Source: Thermoanaerobaculia bacterium
Lineage (GTDB): Bacteria > Acidobacteriota > Thermoanaerobaculia > Gp7-AA8
NCBI GenBank assembly: GCA_036385045.1
Contig: DASVLC010000022.1
Coordinates: 4,034-68,033, forward strand
Length of the DNA: 64,000 bases
Direction of reading: 5' to 3'
Shown here one piece after another: positions 1 through 8,861 of this stretch. A model generated the notes under the pieces. That model was not told where the DNA came from. It saw nothing but the letters and a program-made list of their open reading frames with translations, and ran no database searches. The translations under genes and the position numbers were made by a program. How positions within the stretch are numbered: position 1 is the stretch's first letter; every line of letters starts with the position of its first letter.

Positions 1-352
1 CGCGTGGTCGTATCGTCACCGTTAATTTCTACCAGCGTGCCCGTCTCCGCCGGCGCAGCGCTCGGCTCGACCGTCTGTACTTCCGGGAGGCCTACCCGCT
101 CCTCTCCTCTGTCCGGCATGTTCGCCATCACTACCCAGGCGATCACGATCAGGCCGACGATGACGACAGGCACGACCCACCAGGGAGCGGACGATCGCGA
201 TTCGACCGGACGCTTCGTGGGTGGCGGAACCGGTACAGCTGCCCTCGCCGGTTCGGAGGCGGAGTCAGCAAGAGTGATGACGGCGGTACCGCACTTCGGA
301 CAGAAACGGGCGCCGGGCGGTACTGGAGCGCCGCAGATGGTGCAGGGTTTCA
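1..352 (-). CDS. Zinc-ribbon domain membrane protein (partial; 3' end lies outside the window)
   Basis: Absent from the ORF track because it runs off the window edge. Reverse translation from the ATG at 352 gives MKPCTICGAPVPPGARFCPKCGTAV (two CxxC pairs), then a hydrophobic span WWVVPVVIVGLIVIAWVVM. It replaces the implausible plus-strand ORF 4..534. Confidence 0.5.
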
Positions 353-399
353 TTAACCTGCTATCGAGGCAGGAACCGTGCCGTCCTCAGGATGCTGAC

Positions 400-861
400 T
401 CAAGCCCCCGCCATCAGCCGTTTCGTCAACTGAATCTGACCGGTATGGTAGAGGTCGTGTGCCGCGACTCCGTAGACGAGTTGCAGTTTGCTCGGGTTGC
501 TCAGATCGCCATCACCCATCGCCTCGACCGCTGATCGCAGCTCCTGATGCTGCTCGTCGAGCAGCGTTACAACCTGGCGCCACGACTCCACGTCCGGCCT
601 CGATGGCGATGCGATCCAGTTGCTCCCCTTGATCGGGAACGAGCCCCGCTTCGTCCCCGTCAGGCGTCGGCGGACCGCATACTTCCAGTAGGCAGCATGA
701 ACCGTCAGCTCCCAGATGTTGTGGCGCTCCTTCGCTGGCCGCCACAACACCTGATCGGCGGTGAGTCCGCGAATTGCTCCCCGCAGGTTGGTCCCATGCC
801 ATCCCCGCTTCCGATAGGCTTCCTCGAGATTCGCAAGCAGCAACGATCTGATCGCTTCCAT
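400..861 (-). CDS. DinB-superfamily protein
   Basis: 153 aa. It has the four-helix-bundle style and His-containing segments typical of DinB/YfiT-like proteins (HAAYWKY, AAHDLYHTGQI). Confidence 0.7.
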   Translation of the reverse strand: MEAIRSLLLANLEEAYRKRGWHGTNLRGAIRGLTADQVLWRPAKERHNIWELTVHAAYWKYAVRRRLTGTKRGSFPIKGSNWIASPSRPDVESWRQVVTLLDEQHQELRSAVEAMGDGDLSNPSKLQLVYGVAAHDLYHTGQIQLTKRLMAGA

Positions 862-923
862 GAGATCAAGAATAGCTTTCGGTCGGAAAATCTGCAGCAG
901 TTCCCTGGCAGGGCGGCGATAGC

Positions 924-2141
924 ATGGCGCTCATGAACGCGGAAGCCGAAGCCTATGTGCGACTCGTCCTCGCGATGGGGCAGCACGATGCCGACTACGT
1001 CGATGCGTACTACGGCCCTCCGGAGTGGCGCGACGAAACAGACAAAGAACGGCCGCCACTCGAAACGATTCGCGAGCGAGCGCTCGCGCTGGCCGATCGT
1101 CTGGCCGCGACGCCATCTCCGAGCGATTCGCTCGTGTCGCTGCGGCTCTCCTACCTCCGTCGCCAGATCGCAGCTCTGATCGCACGAGCCGGGATGCTGC
1201 GGGGAGAGACGTTGAGTTTCGACGAAGAATCGCTTGCGCTCTATGACGCCGTAGCGCCGGCTCTGAGTGAGGAGCACTTCCGTTCGCTGAATGCTTCACT
1301 CGACGAAGCGCTCCCGGGAAACGGAAGCCTCGCCGAGCGGCTCGAGGTGTTCCGCCGTTCGTTCGTGATTCCACCCGAGAGGCTCGACAGCGTCTTCACT
1401 CGTGCGATCGAAATCTGCCGCTCGAAAACCGCCGAACGGATCGCGCTTCCCGCCGGCGAGACGTTTCGGGTCGAATATGTGACCGGCAAGACGTGGAGCG
1501 GATACAACTGGTACCAGGGAAATTTCTCGAGTCTGATCCAGGTCAACACCGACCTCCCCATCTTCATCGACCGCGCGATCGATCTCGCAGCGCACGAAGG
1601 CTATCCAGGACATCACATCTACAACGTCCTGCTGGAGAAGAATCTGGTTCGCGACCGCGGCTGGGTGGAGTTCAGCGTTTACGCGCTGTTCAGTCCTCAG
1701 TCGCTGATCGCCGAAGGAAGCGCAAATTACGGGATCGATGTCGTCGTCCCGGACAAGACCCGCCTCGAGGTCGAGCGCGAGGAGCTCTTTCCGCTGGCAG
1801 GTCTCGATCCCGGTAAGGTGGAGCCTTTCTATCGGGTTCATGATCTCGTCGCGAAGAGCGCCTATGCGGGCAACGAAGCAGCACGCGGCTATCTCGACGG
1901 TAAACTCGACTTCGAGGGCGCCGTCGAGTGGCTGACTACTTATGCGCTCATGGAGCCCGATCGCGCCCGCCAGCGCGTTCGCTTCATCGAGCAGTACCGC
2001 AGCTACGTCATCAACTACAACCTCGGGCGCGATCTCGTGCGCAACTATGTCGAACGGCTTTGCGGAGGCGACGAGGTGGCCCGGTGGAGAGTGTTCACCG
2101 AGTTGCTCTCCTCGCCGCGTTTGCCGTCCGCGCTTGTGTGA
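924..2141 (+). CDS. DUF885-like putative metallopeptidase
   Basis: 405 aa with the HEGYPGHH motif (the HExxPGHH signature of DUF885-type proteins). Divergent from the DinB gene. Confidence 0.55.
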   Translation: MALMNAEAEAYVRLVLAMGQHDADYVDAYYGPPEWRDETDKERPPLETIRERALALADRLAATPSPSDSLVSLRLSYLRRQIAALIARAGMLRGETLSFDEESLALYDAVAPALSEEHFRSLNASLDEALPGNGSLAERLEVFRRSFVIPPERLDSVFTRAIEICRSKTAERIALPAGETFRVEYVTGKTWSGYNWYQGNFSSLIQVNTDLPIFIDRAIDLAAHEGYPGHHIYNVLLEKNLVRDRGWVEFSVYALFSPQSLIAEGSANYGIDVVVPDKTRLEVEREELFPLAGLDPGKVEPFYRVHDLVAKSAYAGNEAARGYLDGKLDFEGAVEWLTTYALMEPDRARQRVRFIEQYRSYVINYNLGRDLVRNYVERLCGGDEVARWRVFTELLSSPRLPSALV

Positions 2142-2147
2142 CCACCC

Positions 2148-4199
2148 TCACCAAACCCCACAGCGCTCGGCTTCCGCAAGCGCCATGTTGGTTTCGATCG
2201 GACAGTTCCAGGCGTCGGCAAACTCCGGCATGTTCTGCAGCGTGAGATTGATCCGTGCGTGCCCCGGGGCATGCGGGTCGGTGAGAGCACGGCGACGTGC
2301 CTCCTCGGGTGAAATGTTCTGGGCCCAGATCTGCGCAAAGCCGAGGAAGAATCGCTGCTCGGGGGTGAACCCGTCGAGAACGACGCGCGGCTGACCCTCG
2401 AGTGACCGGAGATAGGCCCGCAGGGCGAGTGTGGCACCGCCGAGATCGGCGATCGCCTCACCCGTCACCAGGTCACCCTGCAACCGCAGATCGGGCTCGA
2501 CCTCCCATTCGCCGTACTGACGCGAGATGCACTCGGCGCGCGCACGGAAGCTCGCGAGATCCCGGTCGCTCCACCAGTTCCTCAGGTTCCCTTCCGCGTC
2601 GAACTTCGCTCCCTGATCATCGAACCCGTGCGTCATCTCGTGTCCGATGACCATGCCGATTCCGCCGTAGTTGTACGCCGGATCTGCATTCGGGTCGTAG
2701 AACGGAGGCTGGAGAATTCCGGCGGGAAAGGTGATGTCGTTGCGCGTGAGACTGTAGCCCGCGTTGACCGTCGGCGGCGTGAACGATCCCCACTCATTCG
2801 AATCATCCGGCTTGCCGATGCGGGCGATGCGATGTTGCACGCTGAACGCACGCGCTGCGGCGACGTTCGCGAAATGCGAGTCTTTCGCAATCGACAACGT
2901 CGCGTAGTCGGTCCAGCGATCGGGATGACCGATCCGGCGCCGGAATGCCTCGAGCTTCTGCAGCGCTGCAGCCTGTGTCTCGGCTCCCATCCAGTCGAGC
3001 CGCGGAATGTCGTCGCGCAGAACGGCTACCAGGTTGTCGATCAGTTCGCCGAGTTGCTGTTTCGCCTCCGGGGTAAACGTCCGCCGGATGTACTCCTGTC
3101 CAAGGAGATCGCCGAGGTACTGGTCGGTGGCACGGACACAACGCTGCCAGCGGGGTTGGATCTGCTGCTGGCCGGAGAGGGTACGGCCGCGGAACTCGAA
3201 ATCCTGATTGGCGAAGTCGGATGAAAGAAGCGGTGCCGCGGCGTCGAGGATGTTCCAGCGTAGATAGGCTCTCCATGTCTCGACCGGTAGCTCGACAAGT
3301 GCCTGTCCTGCCTCCCGGATGAACTCCGGCTGCGCGAGGTTCACCGACCTGAGATCCGGAAGCCCCATGCTCTCGAAGAATGCCGCCCACTCGAGTGCCG
3401 GCGCGATCGTCTGAAGCTCGGAAACCGGAGTGATGTGGTAGACGTTCTCGGGCCGGCGTTGATCTGCGCGCGACATCGACGCTCGGGCAAACCGGGTCTC
3501 GAGAGCAACTACCCGTTCCGCGTCGGCGCGGGCCACTGCTGGTGCAGCGCCGGCGAGTTCGAAGAGTCTGGCGATATGCGAAACATAGCCTGACCGGATT
3601 TCTGCGAATCGCTCGTCCTCACGGAGGTAGTACTCGCGGTCCGGAAGGCCCAGTCCTCCCTGCTGGATGGCTGCGATGACCATCCTGCTGTTGCGGTAGT
3701 CGTTCTGCGCGGTGAGACGGAACAAAGGGGTGAGTCCCGTCTGCTGCTGCCGGCGGATCTCAGCGACGATTCCGGCCCTGGTGTTGATCGCCGCGATGCG
3801 CTCCAATTCGGGAAGGATCGGCGCCACTCCTCGTGACTCCACAGCCGCCTCGTCCGTGCAGGCGCCCCAGAAGTCGCCGAGCTTGCGAGCATCTCCTTCA
3901 CCTTCACCGCGCGCAGCCGTCTCGAGGATTTCGCGCAGCGTTGCCCTGTTCCGGTCCGATAGCTCATCGAAGCGGCCGTAGCGCGCGGAGGTGGCGGGAA
4001 GTGGGTTAGCCGTGCGCCATCGCCCAACCGCATACTGATAAAAGTCCTCGCAGGGGCTTATCGTCCGGTCCATCTGGGTCAGACCGAAACCATGAGCTCC
4101 GATTGCGGGCCGCGGCTTCGGAGCCGGCGCCTGCTGGGCTGGTGGCCGGGAAGCACACGCGGCGACGAAGGCCAGAGAAAGGATCAGGGCGTGTCTCAT
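2148..4199 (-). CDS. M13 family zinc metallopeptidase (neprilysin/PepO-like), lipoprotein
   Basis: 683 aa. Zinc site VIGHEMTHGFDDQG, downstream GEAIADLGG (ExxxD), a NAGYS segment, and an N-terminal signal with lipobox LAFVAAC. Confidence 0.9.
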   Translation of the reverse strand: MRHALILSLAFVAACASRPPAQQAPAPKPRPAIGAHGFGLTQMDRTISPCEDFYQYAVGRWRTANPLPATSARYGRFDELSDRNRATLREILETAARGEGEGDARKLGDFWGACTDEAAVESRGVAPILPELERIAAINTRAGIVAEIRRQQQTGLTPLFRLTAQNDYRNSRMVIAAIQQGGLGLPDREYYLREDERFAEIRSGYVSHIARLFELAGAAPAVARADAERVVALETRFARASMSRADQRRPENVYHITPVSELQTIAPALEWAAFFESMGLPDLRSVNLAQPEFIREAGQALVELPVETWRAYLRWNILDAAAPLLSSDFANQDFEFRGRTLSGQQQIQPRWQRCVRATDQYLGDLLGQEYIRRTFTPEAKQQLGELIDNLVAVLRDDIPRLDWMGAETQAAALQKLEAFRRRIGHPDRWTDYATLSIAKDSHFANVAAARAFSVQHRIARIGKPDDSNEWGSFTPPTVNAGYSLTRNDITFPAGILQPPFYDPNADPAYNYGGIGMVIGHEMTHGFDDQGAKFDAEGNLRNWWSDRDLASFRARAECISRQYGEWEVEPDLRLQGDLVTGEAIADLGGATLALRAYLRSLEGQPRVVLDGFTPEQRFFLGFAQIWAQNISPEEARRRALTDPHAPGHARINLTLQNMPEFADAWNCPIETNMALAEAERCGVW

Positions 4200-4224
4200 G
4201 GGAGAAGATGCTAACAGGGGCGGG

Positions 4225-4257
4225 CTCGGAGTTCCTCGGGGTTCCTCGGGGTTCCTC
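4225..4257 (-). repeat. Short decamer array (about 3 units of GTTCCTCGGG, the reverse complement of CCCGAGGAAC)
   Basis: Direct reading gives ctcggagttcctcggggttcctcggggttcctc. It is the inverted partner of the array at 4459..4593. Confidence 0.8.
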
Positions 4258-4458
4258 CCCCCGCCAGGGGCGACGGACCTCCGCCGGAAGGTTGCGGGTT
4301 GAGCGTTGCCTCACTTGGAACTTGCCGGACACCGACGTCGTTGGAACACGCCAATGCACTCGGCGGCGCTCCATCGCCCCTACCGGGGCTCACCTGACAA
4401 ACGCCCTGATTCCCAGGGCTTGCGCCCTGGGCTACAGCTACGTCGCGCCTACGGCGCT

Positions 4459-4593
4459 GGGAACCCGAGGAGCCGAGGAACCCGAGGAACCGATGAAAAC
4501 TCCCGAAGAACTCCCGAGGAACTCCGAGGAACTCCCGAGGAACTCCGAGGAACTCCGAGGAACTCCGAGGAACTTCGAGGCCCCGAGGAACTG
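4459..4593 (+). repeat. Tandem decamer array (GGAACTCCGA/CCGAGGAACT family, about 13 units with variants)
   Basis: Direct reading gives ...gaggaactccgaggaactcccgaggaactccgaggaactccgaggaactccgaggaacttcgagg.... The array ends about 25 bp before the start codon at 4618. Confidence 0.9.
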
Positions 4594-4617
4594 GTGTTCA
4601 TCCGCTAGAATCGAAGG

Positions 4618-6108
4618 ATGCGTCTGCTTTCCCTTCTCATAGCGTTTGCCCTCACCTTTCCACTGGCAGCTCAGGAGCGACGGTTCGACGCCAAAGCAGT
4701 CGACCGGATCGTCACCGATACCATGCGTGCCTGGCAGCTACCAGGAGTCGCGGTGGCGGTCGTACGTAATGACCGCGTTGTATTCGTGGGGGGATATGGG
4801 ACGACGGGGATCGACAGCGGCGAGGCGGTCACCGCCGATACGCTGTTTCAAATCGCCTCGACGTCGAAGGCGTTCACGAGCACGGCACTCGCGATGCTCG
4901 TCGACGAGAAGAAGGTCTCGTGGGACGACCCTGTACGAAAGCATGTCGACTACTTCCGACTGGCCGATCTGTGCGCCGACTCGCAGGTCACCGTACGCGA
5001 CATCCTGTCGCATCGAACGGGGCTCGGGCGACACGATGAACTGTGGGACAACTCCCCATGGTCGCGCGAAGAGGTCATTCGCAAAGTCGGCCATCTCGAC
5101 GGGGCGCGCGAATTCAGGAGTGCGTATCAGTATCAGAACATCATGTACATCGCCGCCGGCGAGGTGGTCGCGAACGCGTCGGGCATCAGTTGGGACGATT
5201 TCGTTCGCACACGCATCTTTCAGCCACTCGGCATGACGCGGACCACCATCTCCGATGAGGAGTGGGAGCGCTCGCCTCATGCGATCGGACATCGCTATGA
5301 CGCGAAGAAGGGGCGCACCTGGGTTCAGCCGCCGATCGAGACAGCGACGCTCGGCGCCGCCGGTGCGATCAAATCGACCGCTCGAGACATGGCGCACTGG
5401 ATTCGGTTCCAACTGGCGGACGGAGTCTTCGGCCAGAATCAACTCGTCAGCCCCCAGTCTCTGGTGGAAACGAAGACCCCTCAGACGATCATCAGGATGC
5501 AGCCTTCCACCCGTGAGTCGAATCCCGAGACGCACCTGATCTCCTACGGTCTAGGCTGGGTCATCCAGGATTACCGCGGAGAATTCCTCGTATCGCACGC
5601 GGGCGCCCTGAACGGATTCCGGACTCATGTCGACCTTCTACCGAAACGTGATGCCGGATTCGTCGTGATGACGAACTCCGGACGCGGCATCGCTCTGATC
5701 GCGCTGCGGAACGCCTTGGCCGACCTGCTCACCGGTAAGGCCGGTCGGGACTGGAACGCCTACTACCTGATGATCGATCGGAGAGCGCAGGAACGGGAGG
5801 AAGCCGCGCGGCAGGAGCGGCTCTCGAAGAGACATCCCGACACAACGCCGTCGCATCCGCTCAAAGCCTTTACCGGTACGTTCGAAAGCGCTTCACACGG
5901 CACCGCAACCATCGCACTCGACTCCTCCGGTCTCGTGTTCCGCTGGAGCCGGATGGCGATCCCGCTCGTCCACTTCCACTACGACGTCTTCCTTGCTGAG
6001 TCGGAGAGCGACTGGGTGGACGAACAGCTCGTGTTCGGTACCGGCAGCGATGGCACCGTCGACTCATTGACCATCTTCGGTCAACGGTTTGGACGAACGA
6101 CAGAATAA
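4618..6108 (+). CDS. Secreted serine hydrolase, beta-lactamase/PBP (class C-like) family
   Basis: 496 aa. Signal peptide MRLLSLLIAFALTFPLAAQ, an SxxK motif (ASTSKAF), and a Y-x-N-like YQNIMY. Confidence 0.85.
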   Translation: MRLLSLLIAFALTFPLAAQERRFDAKAVDRIVTDTMRAWQLPGVAVAVVRNDRVVFVGGYGTTGIDSGEAVTADTLFQIASTSKAFTSTALAMLVDEKKVSWDDPVRKHVDYFRLADLCADSQVTVRDILSHRTGLGRHDELWDNSPWSREEVIRKVGHLDGAREFRSAYQYQNIMYIAAGEVVANASGISWDDFVRTRIFQPLGMTRTTISDEEWERSPHAIGHRYDAKKGRTWVQPPIETATLGAAGAIKSTARDMAHWIRFQLADGVFGQNQLVSPQSLVETKTPQTIIRMQPSTRESNPETHLISYGLGWVIQDYRGEFLVSHAGALNGFRTHVDLLPKRDAGFVVMTNSGRGIALIALRNALADLLTGKAGRDWNAYYLMIDRRAQEREEAARQERLSKRHPDTTPSHPLKAFTGTFESASHGTATIALDSSGLVFRWSRMAIPLVHFHYDVFLAESESDWVDEQLVFGTGSDGTVDSLTIFGQRFGRTTE

Positions 6109-6132
6109 CGAAGACGGCAGACAGAGAACTTC

Positions 6133-6365
6133 AACGCGCCGGTAGGCGCGACGAATGGTAGCCGGTGGTGGAGCGCCAGCGACGCCTCCGGAAGCATGTG
6201 ACCTAACGGTCGCGCCCCGGGAGGGGCGCTGGAGAGGTTGCCGGTAACATTGTGGTCGATGATCTTCCGGCGCCCCCACCCAGGCCGCACTTGCTGCGCC
6301 CGTGCGGTCCGGTGGCGTCGCTTCGCTTCCACCACCGGCTACCATCACCGCGCCTTCAGCGCGCT
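6133..6365. repeat. Large imperfect palindrome (MITE/REP-like) between convergent genes
   Basis: The 36-nt arm ggtagccggtggtggagcgccagcgacgcctccgga (6157-6192) is nearly reverse-complementary to tccggtggcgtcgcttcgcttccaccaccggctacc (6308-6343). Outer cgcgcc..ggcgcg arms and an inner hairpin gcgcccc-ggga-ggggcgc are also present. Confidence 0.6.
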
Positions 6366-6418
6366 CCGCGCCGCGTGGCGGCACTGTCCCATCACTTCGT
6401 ATGGCCAAGCAGACGGAG

Positions 6419-7660
6419 TTACCGTGCGACCTGCATCACCACGTCGTCGATGATGCGCAGGGCGTCGGCGCCGCTTCCGATGTGATGATTCACGGCAATC
6501 GAGAAGTAGCGGAAGTCACCGCGCGGCATCGCGATGATGCCGCTCAGTGCATTCACGCCGGCGACCGTGCCGGTCTTGCCGCGCATGCGATCTTCCAGCG
6601 ACACGAGACGCGCGCGGAGAGTCCCTTCATTTGCGGGCTGAGCGAGTAGTGACCACCAGAGCCCGCGGCGCGCGGGATGGTTCATCCACCGCAGGATCCG
6701 AATGGTGGCCGCCGGTGTCACTAGATTGTCTGGGGCGAGACCCGAGCCGTCGACGAAACGAAACTCGCCAGGATCGAGACCCGCGTCGGTCATGAGAAAT
6801 CGACGCTCTCGTTCGAGCGCCATCGCGTACGTCAACGGGCCGGCCTCCGGCTCGAGGCCGCTGCGTTTCAGCAGCATCTCGGTGTAGAGATTCTGGCTGT
6901 TTTTCAGGACCGTCGTCAGCATCTGCACGATGAACGGCGAGTCGAGCGTATCGATTCGAACATCCCATACACGCGGCTCGGTGTTGACTCGCAGTTCGCC
7001 ACTGACAGGGATCCCCGCCAGCACCAGTGCCTCGCGAAGTGCAGCCGCTGCGTAAAGAGCGGGGTCGGCAACCGCCCGTCCGTCCGCTGTCTGATTCTCA
7101 CTCCAGGCGACCGCGTCGACCGGTGCGGCATACCCGCTTCCGATGTTCCCATGCTTCCAGCCACCGGGGATGAGCACGCGATCGAAAAGCGACACATCGA
7201 CGATCACATCGCGAACCGTCGTGACTCCGCGCGAGCGGAGCGTCGAAGCGACACGCGAGAAATCGGCCGTGCGCTCGTAACGGGCGGAGCCGAGCGTCGG
7301 ATCGGCGCCGCCTACGACCACCAGATCCTCCCCATCGCGCCAGATCGATGTCTCGAGCCTCGAATCCAGCCCCACGCACGCGGCAATCGCCGCCGCCGAG
7401 AACAGCTTCCGGTTGGATGCAGGGATCGTCAGCTTGTCTGCGTTCCGGGAGTAGATCACCTGCCCCGCTTCGTCCTCGACGAGGACCGACCAGAATGCAC
7501 GGTCGAACGGTGACTGATCCAGCGAGGCGTCGATCGTCGCCGCGAGTGAGGGGGGAGTGGTAGCAGGAGCCGGATGCGTCGCACAGGCGGTCAGCAGACC
7601 CGATGTCACGAGAAACAGAAGCGGCGCCGTGAACGCACGGAGGGGGAATCGCACCATCAC
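6419..7660 (-). CDS. dacB: D-alanyl-D-alanine carboxypeptidase/endopeptidase (PBP4, S13 family)
   Basis: 413 aa. Signal peptide, SxxK (ASNRK), KTG (GKTGTVAG), and overall PBP4-like length. Confidence 0.85.
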   Translation of the reverse strand: MMVRFPLRAFTAPLLFLVTSGLLTACATHPAPATTPPSLAATIDASLDQSPFDRAFWSVLVEDEAGQVIYSRNADKLTIPASNRKLFSAAAIAACVGLDSRLETSIWRDGEDLVVVGGADPTLGSARYERTADFSRVASTLRSRGVTTVRDVIVDVSLFDRVLIPGGWKHGNIGSGYAAPVDAVAWSENQTADGRAVADPALYAAAALREALVLAGIPVSGELRVNTEPRVWDVRIDTLDSPFIVQMLTTVLKNSQNLYTEMLLKRSGLEPEAGPLTYAMALERERRFLMTDAGLDPGEFRFVDGSGLAPDNLVTPAATIRILRWMNHPARRGLWWSLLAQPANEGTLRARLVSLEDRMRGKTGTVAGVNALSGIIAMPRGDFRYFSIAVNHHIGSGADALRIIDDVVMQVAR

Positions 7661-8526
7661 GCAAAACTCCAGTCTGCGAAGCTGTCGCCGTGCTCGAGAT
7701 TCACTCGTACCGCGGCCAGGAAGCCGGCGACGTCGGAATCTTTCGGCAACTTCCTGGCCACGGCGTATGCGAGGAGCGTCTGCGCGTAGTCGCGTCCGAG
7801 CTCGTAAGGCTCAGGAATCAGATCGGTTCGCATGTCTGCAGATTCTCTCTCATCCGCGTGCGCCGCCGCGTGAATCAATACGGCGCGCACACTGGCGATC
7901 GAGCCGCGTTCTTCGATCACCCGTGCGATCAGGCCATCAGGGGAGGCACTCGTCTCTTCGTCGTCCTCGCCGGTCAGCAGTTCGAGCAGCGGCATTCGGA
8001 AAAGGGCGTAACGCCCCTTCTCTCCCAGCTTCCCGACGAGTACACGCGCGGTGTCGAGCATCAGGAGCGCGTCACCACGTGCCAGCGACTGCATTGCCGT
8101 CTCAGCATCAGGGAGCGCGGCCGAGAGCCACCTCTCTGCCCGGACGCGATCATCGGCGGAGATCGCCGCCTCGAGCTCACCGATGCTCGCAGACTGCGTC
8201 GCATCGGTCGCCGGAGGATCGAGCAGCGGAGGCTCACTCCAGGGCTGACGACTCATCGCGGCGTAGCGTGCACACGCGACGAGCAGTCCAACGTTCCAGG
8301 CGCCGGACGCATCCCGGAGCTCGTCGACTGCGCGACAGGCCATCACCGCACGCTTTGCATGCTGCGACGGGGCATACGCGAGAACGGCAAACCTCGTAAC
8401 GGCCAGCCAGAGATCCGCCGCTCCATGTGCCTGGAGAAATGCTTCGACCGCGGAAGGGATTGCACCGAGGTCCCGCTCGATCAACGGCTGATAGAGGGCC
8501 TCCGTGCTTCGCTTCACATCGGACAT
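7657..8526 (-). CDS. Hypothetical protein (alpha-helical, no motif recognised)
   Basis: 289-aa ORF. Its stop overlaps the dacB start (ATGA) and its start overlaps the upstream lipoprotein stop (TGATG), which implies translational coupling. Confidence 0.55.
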   Translation of the reverse strand: MSDVKRSTEALYQPLIERDLGAIPSAVEAFLQAHGAADLWLAVTRFAVLAYAPSQHAKRAVMACRAVDELRDASGAWNVGLLVACARYAAMSRQPWSEPPLLDPPATDATQSASIGELEAAISADDRVRAERWLSAALPDAETAMQSLARGDALLMLDTARVLVGKLGEKGRYALFRMPLLELLTGEDDEETSASPDGLIARVIEERGSIASVRAVLIHAAAHADERESADMRTDLIPEPYELGRDYAQTLLAYAVARKLPKDSDVAGFLAAVRVNLEHGDSFADWSFA

Positions 8527-8801
8527 CAGCGCGTGGTGGTGGCCGTCGGAGGTGGAGCTGTCAGAGCCTCGTTTGCCGGCGTTCCTTCCTCCGTGAATTC
8601 GCCCTCGCGCTGGGAGCGGTTGTCGTCCTCGACATAGACCGTCTGCGTCATAGCGTCGGTTCCCGTCGCCTCCGGTTGAGGGGCCGCGGGTGCAATCGTC
8701 GCTGTGACCTCACCCTGCACCGTTTCTTCGCGCTCCGAGCAAGCTGTGCCGAGGCTCAGCGCCAGGAGGACGACCATTATTCGCATGCCTGCTGTCTTCA
8801 A
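8526..8801 (-). CDS. Small lipoprotein
   Basis: 91 aa. Signal and lipobox MRIMVVLLALSLGTAC. First gene of the lipoprotein-hypothetical-dacB set. Confidence 0.6.
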   Translation of the reverse strand: MKTAGMRIMVVLLALSLGTACSEREETVQGEVTATIAPAAPQPEATGTDAMTQTVYVEDDNRSQREGEFTEEGTPANEALTAPPPTATTTR

Positions 8802-8861
8802 GAAACTATCTCCTATCCGGCTGAAATCGCTGCGGATGCCGGCAAATGCAATTTCGATACA

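Noticed and set aside
4-534. Plus-strand 176-aa ORF at the left edge.
   Set aside because: It has low-complexity Thr/Gly/Ser/Arg composition with no RBS. The minus strand encodes a coherent zinc-ribbon plus TM protein (1..352) and the DinB gene (400..861).
8427-8861. The 145-aa N-terminal extension of the ketoacyl synthase ORF; similarly the long N-terminal extensions of 42785..44302, 60003..61037, 35624..36643, 37231..39888 and 33140..35821.
   Set aside because: The extensions overlap neighbouring genes or translate repeat elements. They lack an RBS, and internal starts with good SD sequences give normal protein lengths.
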